A DNA stretch of 64,000 bases from an archaeon GW2011_AR15 (GCA_000830295.1 CP010425.1:806884-870883); one strand, 5' to 3'; shown: positions 28,244 through 37,882, counted from the stretch's first letter. The notes: generated from the sequence alone by a model not told the origin. Program-made: numbers and translations.

Positions 28244-29636
28244 TCATGCTTATGCCGGCTTTAACATATCTCTCCAGCTCAGGAAGAGACTGCACTCTTG
28301 ACAGCGTCCTCAGAACAAAAGAAGGCCTGAAATAGAACTCCATGTATGCTTTCTTTATCCACCTGTTAAGCTCTTTATCAGACATTCCGCATCTTAGCCT
28401 TGGAAGAGGATGCTCAACTCCTCTGTCTTTCACATATTCCCTCCAGTAATCATATCCCATCTCAGACTTGAGCTCTTCATACATTGTCGTGCCAGGGAGG
28501 GTGCTTAATCTGTTGAACTGGGCATAGTCAAGCGGGAGGGATTTTGCAAGGTTTATTGTATTTCTTATTGATTGCCTTGTTTCCCCCGGATTGCCAAACA
28601 TGAAGTAGCCGAAAGCAAGTATCCTGTGCTTTTTCGTCAGGTAAATTGCTTTTCTTATCTGCTGCTTTTTTGTGAATTTTTTTATGTTTCTTAAGATCTG
28701 TTCATCCCCTGATTCAATGCCGAAGTAGATCCTATAGCAGCCTGCCTTCTTCATCTCTATCAGCATCTCTTCATCTATTGTGTCAACCCTTGACCTGCAG
28801 GACCAGGCAATTCTTATCTTTCTTTTTTGTATTTCCATGCATATCTCTATTACCCTTTTCTTGTTTATTGTAAACAGAGGATCAAAAACATCGATTTCCC
28901 TTACTTTGTACCTGTAATAGCATTCTTCCATCTCATCAGCAACATTCTTTGCGCTCCTGTACCTTATGTCGCCGCTTCTCTGCTCGCAGAAAGTGCACTG
29001 GAAAGTGCAGCCTCTGCTGGACATCAGGATTGTGTAATTCCTGTATTTTGAGATGAATGAATAATATTTGCTCATCGGGAGGAGATTCCTTGCCGGGAAA
29101 GGTATACTGTCGAGGTCTTTTATCTTCTCCCTTGGTTCCGTCAACACAATTTTTTTATTTTCCCTGTAACATATCCCTTTTACGGTTTTCAATGATTTTT
29201 TCTTCTCTATCTTTCCAAGAACCTCAATAATGGACTTTTCAGCCTCTCCGACAATGCCGATATCTATCACCTTTTTTAGCAGGGTTTCTTTAGGGAACAA
29301 GGTGACATGCTGTCCTCCTACAATAACTTTTGCGGGCCATTTTTCCCTGAAATAGCCAATTACCCTGGCTGTCTCGTGAAAAAGGTAGGTTGTGACTGTG
29401 AACATCATTATATCCGGCCTGAATTTTATTACTCTTTCAGCCATGTCATTTAGAGAATAGCCTGAAGCCATCCCGTCAAGAAAAATAAGCTCGTGGCCTG
29501 CTTTCTGCAGTGCCCCTGCAACATAGGCCAGGCTGATATTCGGGTAGATACCATAGTTGTCTGCAACCGCCTTTATATTCGGCTGATTGACTACCGAGAC
29601 AACTCCAAAAGCAGGGTAAATAAGCGCAATCCTCAT
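28233..29636 (-). CDS. Cobalamin-binding (class B) radical SAM protein
   Basis: SSRGCTFQCTFCEQRSGDIRYR CxxxCxxC. N-terminal MRIALIYPAFGVV... B12-type Rossmann region. Confidence 0.75.
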   Translation of the reverse strand: MRIALIYPAFGVVSVVNQPNIKAVADNYGIYPNISLAYVAGALQKAGHELIFLDGMASGYSLNDMAERVIKFRPDIMMFTVTTYLFHETARVIGYFREKWPAKVIVGGQHVTLFPKETLLKKVIDIGIVGEAEKSIIEVLGKIEKKKSLKTVKGICYRENKKIVLTEPREKIKDLDSIPFPARNLLPMSKYYSFISKYRNYTILMSSRGCTFQCTFCEQRSGDIRYRSAKNVADEMEECYYRYKVREIDVFDPLFTINKKRVIEICMEIQKRKIRIAWSCRSRVDTIDEEMLIEMKKAGCYRIYFGIESGDEQILRNIKKFTKKQQIRKAIYLTKKHRILAFGYFMFGNPGETRQSIRNTINLAKSLPLDYAQFNRLSTLPGTTMYEELKSEMGYDYWREYVKDRGVEHPLPRLRCGMSDKELNRWIKKAYMEFYFRPSFVLRTLSRVQSLPELERYVKAGISMIKN

Positions 29637-29674
29637 AACATGATTATAATATTTTAAACTATAAAAGACTATTG

Positions 29675-29881
29675 CTAGTCAAGATATCCGAGGGATTTCA
29701 GCCTTTCTGCAATCTCAGTCTGGTTGTATTCTCTGCTTTCACCGGTGTAGTTGGTATCTTGATTGCCTTTATTTCTCAGCAAATAGACAATCTCCTCTTT
29801 GTTACTATAAACGAACAGAGAGATAATTACCAGGAATAAAATTACAGCGATTATAATCAATTTTTTTATTGAGTGTTCCAT
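29675..29881 (-). CDS. Small single-TM protein (68 aa) ending in the ...ERLKSLGYLD motif
   Basis: Hydrophobic helix IIIAVILFLVIISLFVY, then a 40-aa polar tail. 16-nt overlap with the upstream gene. The C-terminal motif is shared with two neighbouring enzymes. Confidence 0.4.
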   Translation of the reverse strand: MEHSIKKLIIIAVILFLVIISLFVYSNKEEIVYLLRNKGNQDTNYTGESREYNQTEIAERLKSLGYLD

Positions 29882-31065
29882 ATTCCCATTAGCCTGTTAA
29901 TCCTTTCTTTCTCCATTCTGGACGACCGGTATATAGTCTCCCTTTTTCCCTGCCTGTTGAAATAAGGGAACCAGTATTCCCATACAATCTCTTTATCCGG
30001 GGTGACTTCTATTACATGGCCTTTCTCGCTCTCTGAAATCAATGTGTTCCCATTAGGCAGCCTCTGGACAGAGCCCATAGACTCGCTGAAAAAGCTGTCA
30101 GGCGGATTGCCTGTATAATTCCAGACAATCTCCTGCTTCAGCGGGTCCAGCTCAAGCACTCTGGAATAATCTCTCGTTTCTCCTCCGTTGTCAAAAAGGA
30201 GTATGTTTCCGTTTGCCAGCATCGTAGGCATATGAGTGCCTTCCAGAAAATCAGGCCCTGATGCCCACACAATCTCTTTTGAATCTTTATCCAGGATAAT
30301 CAGCAGGTTGACATTATGCAGGCTCAAAAGCATGTTTCCCTGCTGAAACCTGCTGTCTGTCTGGTCCAGGCTATTTTCAGGCAGCTCCTGGACAGAGTTT
30401 ATGTGATAATAGTCATATATATCTATATTGTCATCTTCTTTGGCAAACAATTTTGCCCATATGTATTCCGGAATTTCAAGGCTGGATTCATAATGGCGTT
30501 TTCTAATCTCATCAAAATGGTCAAATGTTGACCACCTGTCTATTGTCTCCCCGGTTTCAGATATTCTTATTATGCTGTCAAATAATACTTTTCTGCCCTT
30601 ATAGGCTTTCTTTTCCCTTGATATTGTCAGGAAAGTGTGATTGTATGACCTCCTCATGTCATGGTGAATCATTATGTTTTTTTTCAAGAGCAATGAAAAA
30701 TTTTTGTCATATAGTGCAAAATAGTTGTCATTGCCTCCCCAATCCCCGTCAGCTACTACCCCGTCATCAAATAATATCTGCAGGTTCCCGTCTCCGGGGA
30801 GAGTCACCAAAAGGTTGCCTTCCATATCGATTATAAACCTGCCGTCAACTACAGTGTAGCCGTCATATGCCCTGTCTTTGTCATAAAGCACAACTCCAGA
30901 CAGGTTCCTGTCCTGCACATCTTCTGTGTATTCCAGATAAGGAAGAGACCTTAATTTCTCAAGCCCGAGCTGGGACCTATACTCAGCTTCCATATATGAA
31001 GAAAACACTGAAAAGAGTCCAAATAGGATGAGCAGCACAATGCCGAAGATAAGTATCCTTTTCAT
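29866..31065 (-). CDS. Membrane-anchored beta-propeller protein, arylsulfotransferase (ASST)-like
   Basis: N-terminal TM helix. Repeated propeller-like segments (GNILLFDNGG, PNGNTLISESEKGHVIEVTPDKEIVWEY, DYYHINSV). The ASST assignment is tentative. Contains EKLRSLPYLEY after the TM helix. Confidence 0.45.
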   Translation of the reverse strand: MKRILIFGIVLLILFGLFSVFSSYMEAEYRSQLGLEKLRSLPYLEYTEDVQDRNLSGVVLYDKDRAYDGYTVVDGRFIIDMEGNLLVTLPGDGNLQILFDDGVVADGDWGGNDNYFALYDKNFSLLLKKNIMIHHDMRRSYNHTFLTISREKKAYKGRKVLFDSIIRISETGETIDRWSTFDHFDEIRKRHYESSLEIPEYIWAKLFAKEDDNIDIYDYYHINSVQELPENSLDQTDSRFQQGNMLLSLHNVNLLIILDKDSKEIVWASGPDFLEGTHMPTMLANGNILLFDNGGETRDYSRVLELDPLKQEIVWNYTGNPPDSFFSESMGSVQRLPNGNTLISESEKGHVIEVTPDKEIVWEYWFPYFNRQGKRETIYRSSRMEKERINRLMGIWNTQ

Positions 31066-31066
31066 A

Positions 31067-31873
31067 TTACATATAGCCGAGGCTTCTCAGTTTCTGCATA
31101 TTATATTCTTTCTCTGTGTCCCTGCCCTGCCTTTCTGAGTTTCTGTCTTTGTCTATCTCCTTTATTATTTTGTCGATTGTATCTGCTCTGGATTTTACAG
31201 GGGAAGAGCAGCATTTGCAGCCGATGCTCCTGAACCTTTTCCCGTCTTTGGCAAAATACAGATTCACGACAGGGATATTCTCTTTTTTTATGTATTGCCA
31301 GATATCCAGCTCTGTCCAGTGGAGTAAAGGGTGTATCCTCACATGGTTGGAGTCTTTGAATTCTGTTGCATATATATCCCATCCTGACAGTTCTGCATCC
31401 TGAGCTGAGCCTATGCCTGCTTCATTCTTCTCTTCTTTCGTGACATTCCACCTGAATTCCCTGTCTCTTGGGGAGAAATATCTTTCCATGCCCCTTATTG
31501 AATTCTCGTCTCTCCTTATGCCTACTATAACTGCATCGAATTTGTGCTTTTCAATCTCCTTTTTCAGTATCTCGGTTTTTCTTGACGTGCATGTTTTTTC
31601 TTTGAACTTTTCTTCGCTTTTCCCGACCACCAGGTCAAGTTTCCACTCTTTTGCAATCCTGTCCCTGAATTCATATGTTTCCTCATACTCTGTTTCAGTA
31701 TCTATGTGCAGGACTTTGAAGGGGATCTCGTCGTAGAATGCTTTTCTGCAGAGATACAGCAATGTAGTGGAATCTTTCCCTATGCTCCACAGCACAACAG
31801 GGTTCTTAAATCTCTTCTTTACTTCCCGGAGTATGAAGATTGATTTGCTTTCTAAATCCTTCAAATTTGCCAT
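31067..31873 (-). CDS. Sulfate adenylyltransferase small subunit (CysD)-like PP-loop ATP pyrophosphatase
   Basis: LWSIGKDSTTLLYLCRKAF PP-loop. HPLLHWTELDIWQYI and SERQGR motifs, consistent with my recollection of CysD/PAPS-reductase family proteins. C-terminus ...QKLRSLGYM. Confidence 0.7.
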   Translation of the reverse strand: MANLKDLESKSIFILREVKKRFKNPVVLWSIGKDSTTLLYLCRKAFYDEIPFKVLHIDTETEYEETYEFRDRIAKEWKLDLVVGKSEEKFKEKTCTSRKTEILKKEIEKHKFDAVIVGIRRDENSIRGMERYFSPRDREFRWNVTKEEKNEAGIGSAQDAELSGWDIYATEFKDSNHVRIHPLLHWTELDIWQYIKKENIPVVNLYFAKDGKRFRSIGCKCCSSPVKSRADTIDKIIKEIDKDRNSERQGRDTEKEYNMQKLRSLGYM

Positions 31874-31919
31874 TGGATAAATTATTCTATATCTGGTTTA
31901 TCAATCTTTCTTTTTGATT

Positions 31920-33206
31920 TTAAATGAGATATCCAAGGGAGAGAATTCTTTTTCTGATCTCATCACTTACATCATGCTCCCTTTCCGCAATTCCTATCTT
32001 TTCCCTGAGTTTGTCATTCCTCTGCAAAAACTTGAGGTATTCATCTTCAAATCTTTTGCCCGGATACAGCAGGCTATTTTTTTCAAGAGGGTCATTGGAA
32101 AGGTTGTAGTATTCAAAGTAATCGGGCCTTAATATATATTTTTCAGTTTCAGTCCTTATCGAGATTCCGCCCCTTGTTTCTGTAAAGAGAAATTCATGGA
32201 GCCTGTCTTTTTTTCCTGCAATTAAATCATATGTGCTTTTTCCCTGGAATGTTTTTGGCAACCTGTATCCGAGCGTATGCAGTATTGTTGGTGCGATATC
32301 CAGGGACTGGACCTGGGCAGTGATTCTTTTTACATTTACATCAACTTCTTCAGGAAACCTTATTATCATGGGGACTTTGATTATCTCCTCATACGGGTCG
32401 CCAAGCCCGTGGCCTATTTTTCCGTGCTCCAGGAATTCTTCCCCATGGTCTGATGTGAAAATTAGTATTGTATTGTCCAGAAGTTCAAGTTCTTCCAGCT
32501 TACTATATAACCTTCCAATATACTGGTCATATTCATGCAGCTCAGAATCATAGGCGTTTTTTATTATTTCAACATCACTTTCATTTAATATGCTGAATTC
32601 CTCTTCCTCCCACAAATCAAAATCAGGCTTGCTCATGTTTAGTATCTTGCTCGGCTGGTTGTATACATGAGTGTCATATGAATGTATGAAAAGGAAAAAC
32701 CTCCTGTCTTTCACTTCCTCAAGATGCTTTATCAGCTTTGGGTAAAAATCAGAAAAGGACTGCCCTTCTTCATCATCAAAGAAATCAAATCCTTGGTCGT
32801 ATCCGAAGTCCCTGCTGACAAAAACATCCCCGGTATAGCCGAAGGTGTAGTATCCCTTTCCCCGCAGGAACTTCTGTATTGTCATTGTGTTCGGGTTTAT
32901 GAAATTGTCAACTGAGAGGACGCCGTGTGCTGAGCCGTATAAAGAAGCCAGCATGCTCACATGCGAAGGCAGGGTCCAGTCATAATTCACAAAGGCATTC
33001 TCGAACAATACGCCTTTTTCAGCCAGCCTGTCTATGTTTGGGGTCACATTGCTGTTTCCATAGGCTCCAAGACGGTCTGCCCTTAGGGTATCCTCGGATA
33101 TCAGGATTACATTATACTCCTTTGGCTTTTGGATTACATCTGCAATTACAGTTATAGAGATTACGACAGTTATAAGCAGGAAAAAGAAAATCAGGACTTT
33201 TTTCAT
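31920..33206 (-). CDS. Sulfatase-family (alkaline phosphatase superfamily) enzyme, secreted or anchored
   Basis: Signal/TM, then ILISEDTLRADRLGAYGN metal-binding motif and DWTLPSHVSMLASLY active-site region. C-terminus ...KRILSLGYLI. Confidence 0.7.
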   Translation of the reverse strand: MKKVLIFFFLLITVVISITVIADVIQKPKEYNVILISEDTLRADRLGAYGNSNVTPNIDRLAEKGVLFENAFVNYDWTLPSHVSMLASLYGSAHGVLSVDNFINPNTMTIQKFLRGKGYYTFGYTGDVFVSRDFGYDQGFDFFDDEEGQSFSDFYPKLIKHLEEVKDRRFFLFIHSYDTHVYNQPSKILNMSKPDFDLWEEEEFSILNESDVEIIKNAYDSELHEYDQYIGRLYSKLEELELLDNTILIFTSDHGEEFLEHGKIGHGLGDPYEEIIKVPMIIRFPEEVDVNVKRITAQVQSLDIAPTILHTLGYRLPKTFQGKSTYDLIAGKKDRLHEFLFTETRGGISIRTETEKYILRPDYFEYYNLSNDPLEKNSLLYPGKRFEDEYLKFLQRNDKLREKIGIAEREHDVSDEIRKRILSLGYLI

Positions 33207-35107
33207 TTTAAGAGAGGCTTGCCGTCAATCTGCTCTGGCATACTTATATTCAGGAAATTCAGCACCGTCGGCGCAATGTCAACAAGGCTGGCTGAGTCCT
33301 GATTGATCTGTTTATTTGAAAACAAGACACCAGGCACAAATGTCGGGTCTATAAGATGGTCTCCCTGCCATTTTTTTGTGTTGTCAAGTATTGCATTCCT
33401 CGTGAATCCGCCGATTGCGGACTGCCATTCCATCCTGTATCCCGGATTGAAGCCTATTATGAGGTCAGGGGCATTCTCAAGCGAGTCTCCGGAATAGATG
33501 TCTCCTCTCCTGTAAACCTTATTTATAACTTTCCTTCCTGTTTTTGGGTCTGTCAGATTTTCAAGCTTTTCAATTATCTCATTTTCCACTGCCTCTTTAT
33601 CATCTATGCTTACTGTCCCGTGCTTTTCCCTTCCTTCAAGATTTATGTATATGCTGGAGAAGCCGACAGAATATGCTTTTGTCTCATCCCATATCACATA
33701 CTCAAACAGGCTGTCTTCCACACCCTGCTTTATTACTGTGTTAAGCTTCATGAATCCGTTCTGGGAAAGCCAGGTGTTTATGTTGACAGCGCGCTCAAAT
33801 GAGCTGAATCCGTGGTCTGAAAAAATCAGGACCATGGTGTCATTGCCTACTTCTTTCATTATCTTGCCAAGCAGCTCGTCTTTCCTCATATAGTAGCCTG
33901 TGAGGACCTCATTCATGACAATCTCATCAGAGATGTTGGTCAGCACTTTGTTGTCCCAGAAAAGATGCTGCAGCCTGTCAGATGAATCAAATGCAAATGC
34001 CAGCACACCGGTTTCCTTCTCCTTGAATTCATTGAATTCTTTCCAGAACATGGCTTCCCTTTCCTTTTCTATTTCATAGACCTGGCTGAGGAATGCTTTT
34101 TCATCTAGGAAGCCGTTTACATATCCATCGGTTTCTTCAGGCATCCCTAAAGTGTAATACAGCCCGAGCTCATCTGCCAGCTCCTTTGCATAACCTTTGG
34201 GTGAAGAAATATCAACAATGGGGTTTGTCGGGTCAATCTGGACTGTTGTTATGTACATCTGGAAGGGTTCAGTGCTTATCAGGTATGCCTTGAACATGCC
34301 GTGCACACTCCTGAGGAAACCGGCATCAAACTTCACTTTTACCCAGTCGCTCCATTTCTCCCTGTCCAGCTGGTACTCCCTTCCGTCTATGGTTAGTATG
34401 GCAGAATATTCGTCTGTTATTTCAATATCCATGCCTTCTTTTACGTCCTCTATTTTGCTGAATTTCCTGACTTTTGGGCCGAGGACATTGGTGTGAATTG
34501 ACGAGCCTTCTTTTGTTACATGTATTACTTTCTGCTTGTCTATATCTTCTTCTGTGTAGAAAGCATAGCCGCTCAGGAACCCCTTTATGTCAGGGACTCC
34601 AAGGCCCGAGAACAGGTTTCCATTAACCTTTTCAGGCGGAAAAGTTGCAGGCCACCTTATTACTGAAGTCGGAATTCCTGCCTTGCTTGTAAGTTCCCAG
34701 AAAGGGGTTGCCCTTATCAGAGAGGCATAGCTTCCTCCGAATCCTTTCTGGCTTGTTATTGAAAGCTCAGGGAGGTAGGTCTGCGGATCCCTTATTATGA
34801 AATCAAACATATTGTGCTTCCCAGGATTTGTCCCTGTGGAGATTGAAGTCCAGGCAACAGGGCTTTCAGGAGGATTGCTTGTTTCAAGCTTCAGGAATGC
34901 ACCTGTTTCAGCCAGTTTCTTGAAATTTGGAAGTTTTCCTTCTGCCATAAGCTTGGCAGTTGCCTTATAATCCATGGCATCTATCCCAATAAGAAGAACC
35001 TTGCCTTTTGGACTGATTTTATCTCCCCCCTTTGAAAGCGCAAATATGAAATACAGGATAACTACAATAACCACGACGTTAATAAACCTTTTTAATGCCT
35101 TATTCAT
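33203..35107 (-). CDS. Alkaline-phosphatase-superfamily type I phosphodiesterase / nucleotide pyrophosphatase-like protein
   Basis: N-terminal TM helix, then VLLIGIDAMDYKATAKLMAEGKLPNFKKLAETGA, typical of the Phosphodiest (ENPP-like) family. 634 aa. Confidence 0.65.
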   Translation of the reverse strand: MNKALKRFINVVVIVVILYFIFALSKGGDKISPKGKVLLIGIDAMDYKATAKLMAEGKLPNFKKLAETGAFLKLETSNPPESPVAWTSISTGTNPGKHNMFDFIIRDPQTYLPELSITSQKGFGGSYASLIRATPFWELTSKAGIPTSVIRWPATFPPEKVNGNLFSGLGVPDIKGFLSGYAFYTEEDIDKQKVIHVTKEGSSIHTNVLGPKVRKFSKIEDVKEGMDIEITDEYSAILTIDGREYQLDREKWSDWVKVKFDAGFLRSVHGMFKAYLISTEPFQMYITTVQIDPTNPIVDISSPKGYAKELADELGLYYTLGMPEETDGYVNGFLDEKAFLSQVYEIEKEREAMFWKEFNEFKEKETGVLAFAFDSSDRLQHLFWDNKVLTNISDEIVMNEVLTGYYMRKDELLGKIMKEVGNDTMVLIFSDHGFSSFERAVNINTWLSQNGFMKLNTVIKQGVEDSLFEYVIWDETKAYSVGFSSIYINLEGREKHGTVSIDDKEAVENEIIEKLENLTDPKTGRKVINKVYRRGDIYSGDSLENAPDLIIGFNPGYRMEWQSAIGGFTRNAILDNTKKWQGDHLIDPTFVPGVLFSNKQINQDSASLVDIAPTVLNFLNISMPEQIDGKPLLK

Positions 35108-35298
35108 TTTTTGCTGTTCTTCAGTCTCTTTATTATGTTTTTTACAGGGTTTATTATCAGGAAGGCTATGACTGCCCCCAGAACAGCCACAATCGTCTGC
35201 CAGAAAGAGCCGATTATAATCCCGCCGGTTCCCGGGTCAATGTATGCGTAGCTACTGTGAACTAACAATATGAAAATCACTAAATATGTCCCCCACAT
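35104..35298 (-). CDS. Small two-TM membrane protein (64 aa)
   Basis: 4-nt overlap with the downstream NPP-like gene suggests translational coupling. Mostly hydrophobic, with a YIDPGTGG motif. Confidence 0.3.
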   Translation of the reverse strand: MWGTYLVIFILLVHSSYAYIDPGTGGIIIGSFWQTIVAVLGAVIAFLIINPVKNIIKRLKNSKK

Positions 35299-35337
35299 TT
35301 GTATTTAAGTTACCCGAGGAGTATTTAAACGTTTTGA

Positions 35338-36615
35338 TTGGTTTTGATGAAAGAATATTTAAAGAGAGAAAATTTAGTTTGTGAAATGGAATTCAAGAAA
35401 GAAATATTACTTTTCCTTATTTTTATACAAATTGTTGCAGTTTTATTTCTTGGATTTAATATGGTAAAAGACACTTATTTATCAAATAATTCTTATAAAT
35501 GTAAAGAATGCAATATAGTACTCATAATTATAGATACAGTGAGAGCAGATCACATTAGCTTTTATGGTTACCATAAAAATACAACACCTAACTTAGATAG
35601 TCTCGCAAAGAAAGGAGTTTTTTTTAACCAGGCAATTAGCCAGGGGTCCTGGACAGCGACATCAGTACCTTCTTTAATTACCTCCAGATACCCTTCGACA
35701 ATCGAGGTTTACCTATTTTCAGATACGAATATATTAGCAAGAGAGATACCAACTCTCCCAAAGGTATTGCAAAAAAAAGGTTATAGAACAGCGTTTATCA
35801 GTTCTCACCCACTTCTGTTTGTAGAAGAGGTAGGTATGTTTGAAACATTCATAAAATCCGATGGTGCTAAGGCAGATAACTTAACAAACGAGGCAATTCA
35901 ATGGATCAGAGAAAATGGTGAAGATAGATTTTTTCTACAACTACATTATATGGATGTGCATGATATTCCTTTCTTTGGTAATCAAACTACCTTGGAAGAA
36001 GGCATCTCAATGTATGATGAAGCACTTACATTTACCGATTCAAACATAAACAGACTTATAGAAGAACTTAATAAACTAGGCATAGAAGATAAAACGATTA
36101 TAGTTTTTACATCAGACCATGGAGAGGGGATAAATGACCACGAACAACTGTTTGAACATAGTGCATACTTGTATGATTATTTAATAAATGTTCCACTAAT
36201 AATCTACAATCCAAAAGCAAAAATTACAGGATACAACGTAGATTGTCAAGTTCAGCTTGTGGATATTGTTCCAACCATGTTAAATATTCTAGGAGTAAAA
36301 GAACAAGAGTCATTTCAAGGTAAAAACTTATTCCAATACACTCAATTTGATGTTTGTACAGACTCTTCAATTAGTGAGCACATACAATTTGAGTTTTATC
36401 CTGATGATGCAATATACCTTTATGAACTTAAATCGTTTAGGGTTGGTAAGTGGCATCTAATACAAAACCTTAGCTCAGAAAAAGAACCATTTGAATTGTA
36501 TAATCTAGAAGAAGATGCCAGAGAATTAAATAACCTTATAGATAATTATACAGAGCTTAAACCAGAGTTAAATACTGAAATAATAAAAAGAATAGAGAAC
36601 AGAACTTTAATCTAG
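35338..36615 (+). CDS. Sulfatase-family enzyme (alkaline phosphatase superfamily)
   Basis: LIIIDTVRADHISFYGY metal-binding motif and SQGSWTATSVPSLITSRYP active-site region. The start may be the internal Met (MEFKKE...). Confidence 0.7.
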   Translation: MVLMKEYLKRENLVCEMEFKKEILLFLIFIQIVAVLFLGFNMVKDTYLSNNSYKCKECNIVLIIIDTVRADHISFYGYHKNTTPNLDSLAKKGVFFNQAISQGSWTATSVPSLITSRYPSTIEVYLFSDTNILAREIPTLPKVLQKKGYRTAFISSHPLLFVEEVGMFETFIKSDGAKADNLTNEAIQWIRENGEDRFFLQLHYMDVHDIPFFGNQTTLEEGISMYDEALTFTDSNINRLIEELNKLGIEDKTIIVFTSDHGEGINDHEQLFEHSAYLYDYLINVPLIIYNPKAKITGYNVDCQVQLVDIVPTMLNILGVKEQESFQGKNLFQYTQFDVCTDSSISEHIQFEFYPDDAIYLYELKSFRVGKWHLIQNLSSEKEPFELYNLEEDARELNNLIDNYTELKPELNTEIIKRIENRTLI

Positions 36616-37782
36616 GTTTTTTACTAACTCATAATTCTCCTTATTCTCCATCAGATTATCACATGTTTTGAGGCAGCCGACTTTTTCCACAAACCCAGGG
36701 TGTTCCTTTAGATTAACTCCTATCTGCCTGAACATCTTCTGCTTCTGTCCGTTCCAGATATCTCTGAATCTTTGTCTATTAATGTTTCCAGTAGCCACCA
36801 TAACTCCACGGCAGCACGGCGCAACATCTCCGTTTGCCATTATCCTTGAGAAAGTCCAGCCGACGGTGCAAGGAACCTTGTATATGATGTTGCTGTCGTA
36901 TCTGCCTGTTGTCACTGTACTGTTCGAGATCCTTCTCAGAAAATTATCCGGGTTGTCGATTTTTAGATCCCCATAGTGACCTTTATGGTATTTTTCATAA
37001 ATCCTTGCAAAGCTCTTTTTCAGCTCTTCCTGCTGTTTTTTGTTTAAAAGAAGAGAATCTGTCTCTCCGTCAATAGGATCAACCATCGTAAGGTAGACTT
37101 CACTTGCCTTGACTTCTCTGGCAAGCTCTATCATTTTTTCTATCTCTTTATAATTCAGGTTTGATATAACATTGGCAATAACAACTTTTGTTTTCCTGTT
37201 TATTGTACTGAAATACATCAAATTCCCCTTAATCCTGCTGAATGCTTCTTCTGTCTGGTTGGGATGTGTTTTCGCGTATGTTTTGGGAGTGGCTGCCCAG
37301 AGGCTTACAGTAAGATTATCCACCCCGTATTCTACTAATGTATCCAGTTTCTTTTTGTTCATTAAGGAGAAGTTGGTTGTTATATCAAGCCTGATTCCCC
37401 TGCTCTTTATCAGCTTTACAATCTCCATTATTTGAGGGTGTATGAAGGGCTCGCCGCCCCCCGTCAGCCGAATTTCCTCTGTTTTTAGCTCTTTCAGGTC
37501 TTCTACAAGCTGCTTTATTGTCTCAAACGGAAGCTGCTGCCTGAACCATTCTTCTTCAGGCTTTTTTTTGTTTAACATAGGAGAATAAGTCCAGCAGGCA
37601 ATGCAGTTGAGGTTGCACTTGTTTGTTATGTCTATTACAACATATTTTGGGCCAAGAGAGGCATTAAATTTCCTGTTTTTTATCTCGCTTATTCTAATAC
37701 TGGCATGATTTTTTTCATTTGCTAAATTCCTTTTAAACAGCTTTAGCTGCGATTCCAGATAAGATACCATAGATAAATACAA
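36607..37782 (-). CDS. Radical SAM/SPASM-domain protein (paralog family member 4), candidate anaerobic sulfatase-maturating enzyme
   Basis: VIDITNKCNLNCIACWTYSPML, GGEPFIHP, C-terminal PCTVGWTFSRIMANGDVAPCC...GCLKTCDNL. Convergent with, and overlapping, the 3' end of the sulfatase gene. Confidence 0.7.
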   Translation of the reverse strand: MYLSMVSYLESQLKLFKRNLANEKNHASIRISEIKNRKFNASLGPKYVVIDITNKCNLNCIACWTYSPMLNKKKPEEEWFRQQLPFETIKQLVEDLKELKTEEIRLTGGGEPFIHPQIMEIVKLIKSRGIRLDITTNFSLMNKKKLDTLVEYGVDNLTVSLWAATPKTYAKTHPNQTEEAFSRIKGNLMYFSTINRKTKVVIANVISNLNYKEIEKMIELAREVKASEVYLTMVDPIDGETDSLLLNKKQQEELKKSFARIYEKYHKGHYGDLKIDNPDNFLRRISNSTVTTGRYDSNIIYKVPCTVGWTFSRIMANGDVAPCCRGVMVATGNINRQRFRDIWNGQKQKMFRQIGVNLKEHPGFVEKVGCLKTCDNLMENKENYELVKNLD

Positions 37783-37882
37783 TATTTGAAGATATTTAAA
37801 TGTAAGTTACCAAGACTAATCGTAACTATGAAATAGTAACAAAAGCGAAAGATTTATATAGGAGTAGGAAATTAATATCTTC

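Noticed and set aside
31101-31403. Overlapping alternative-frame ORFs (93 aa minus, 95 aa plus) inside the CysD-like gene
   Set aside because: They lie entirely within a well-supported CDS in other frames, and their composition is typical of frame-shifted shadow ORFs. The same applies to the many 60-160-aa opposite-strand ORFs inside the large radical SAM, surface-protein and glycosyltransferase genes (e.g. 5690-6435, 19123-19919, 58039-58502).
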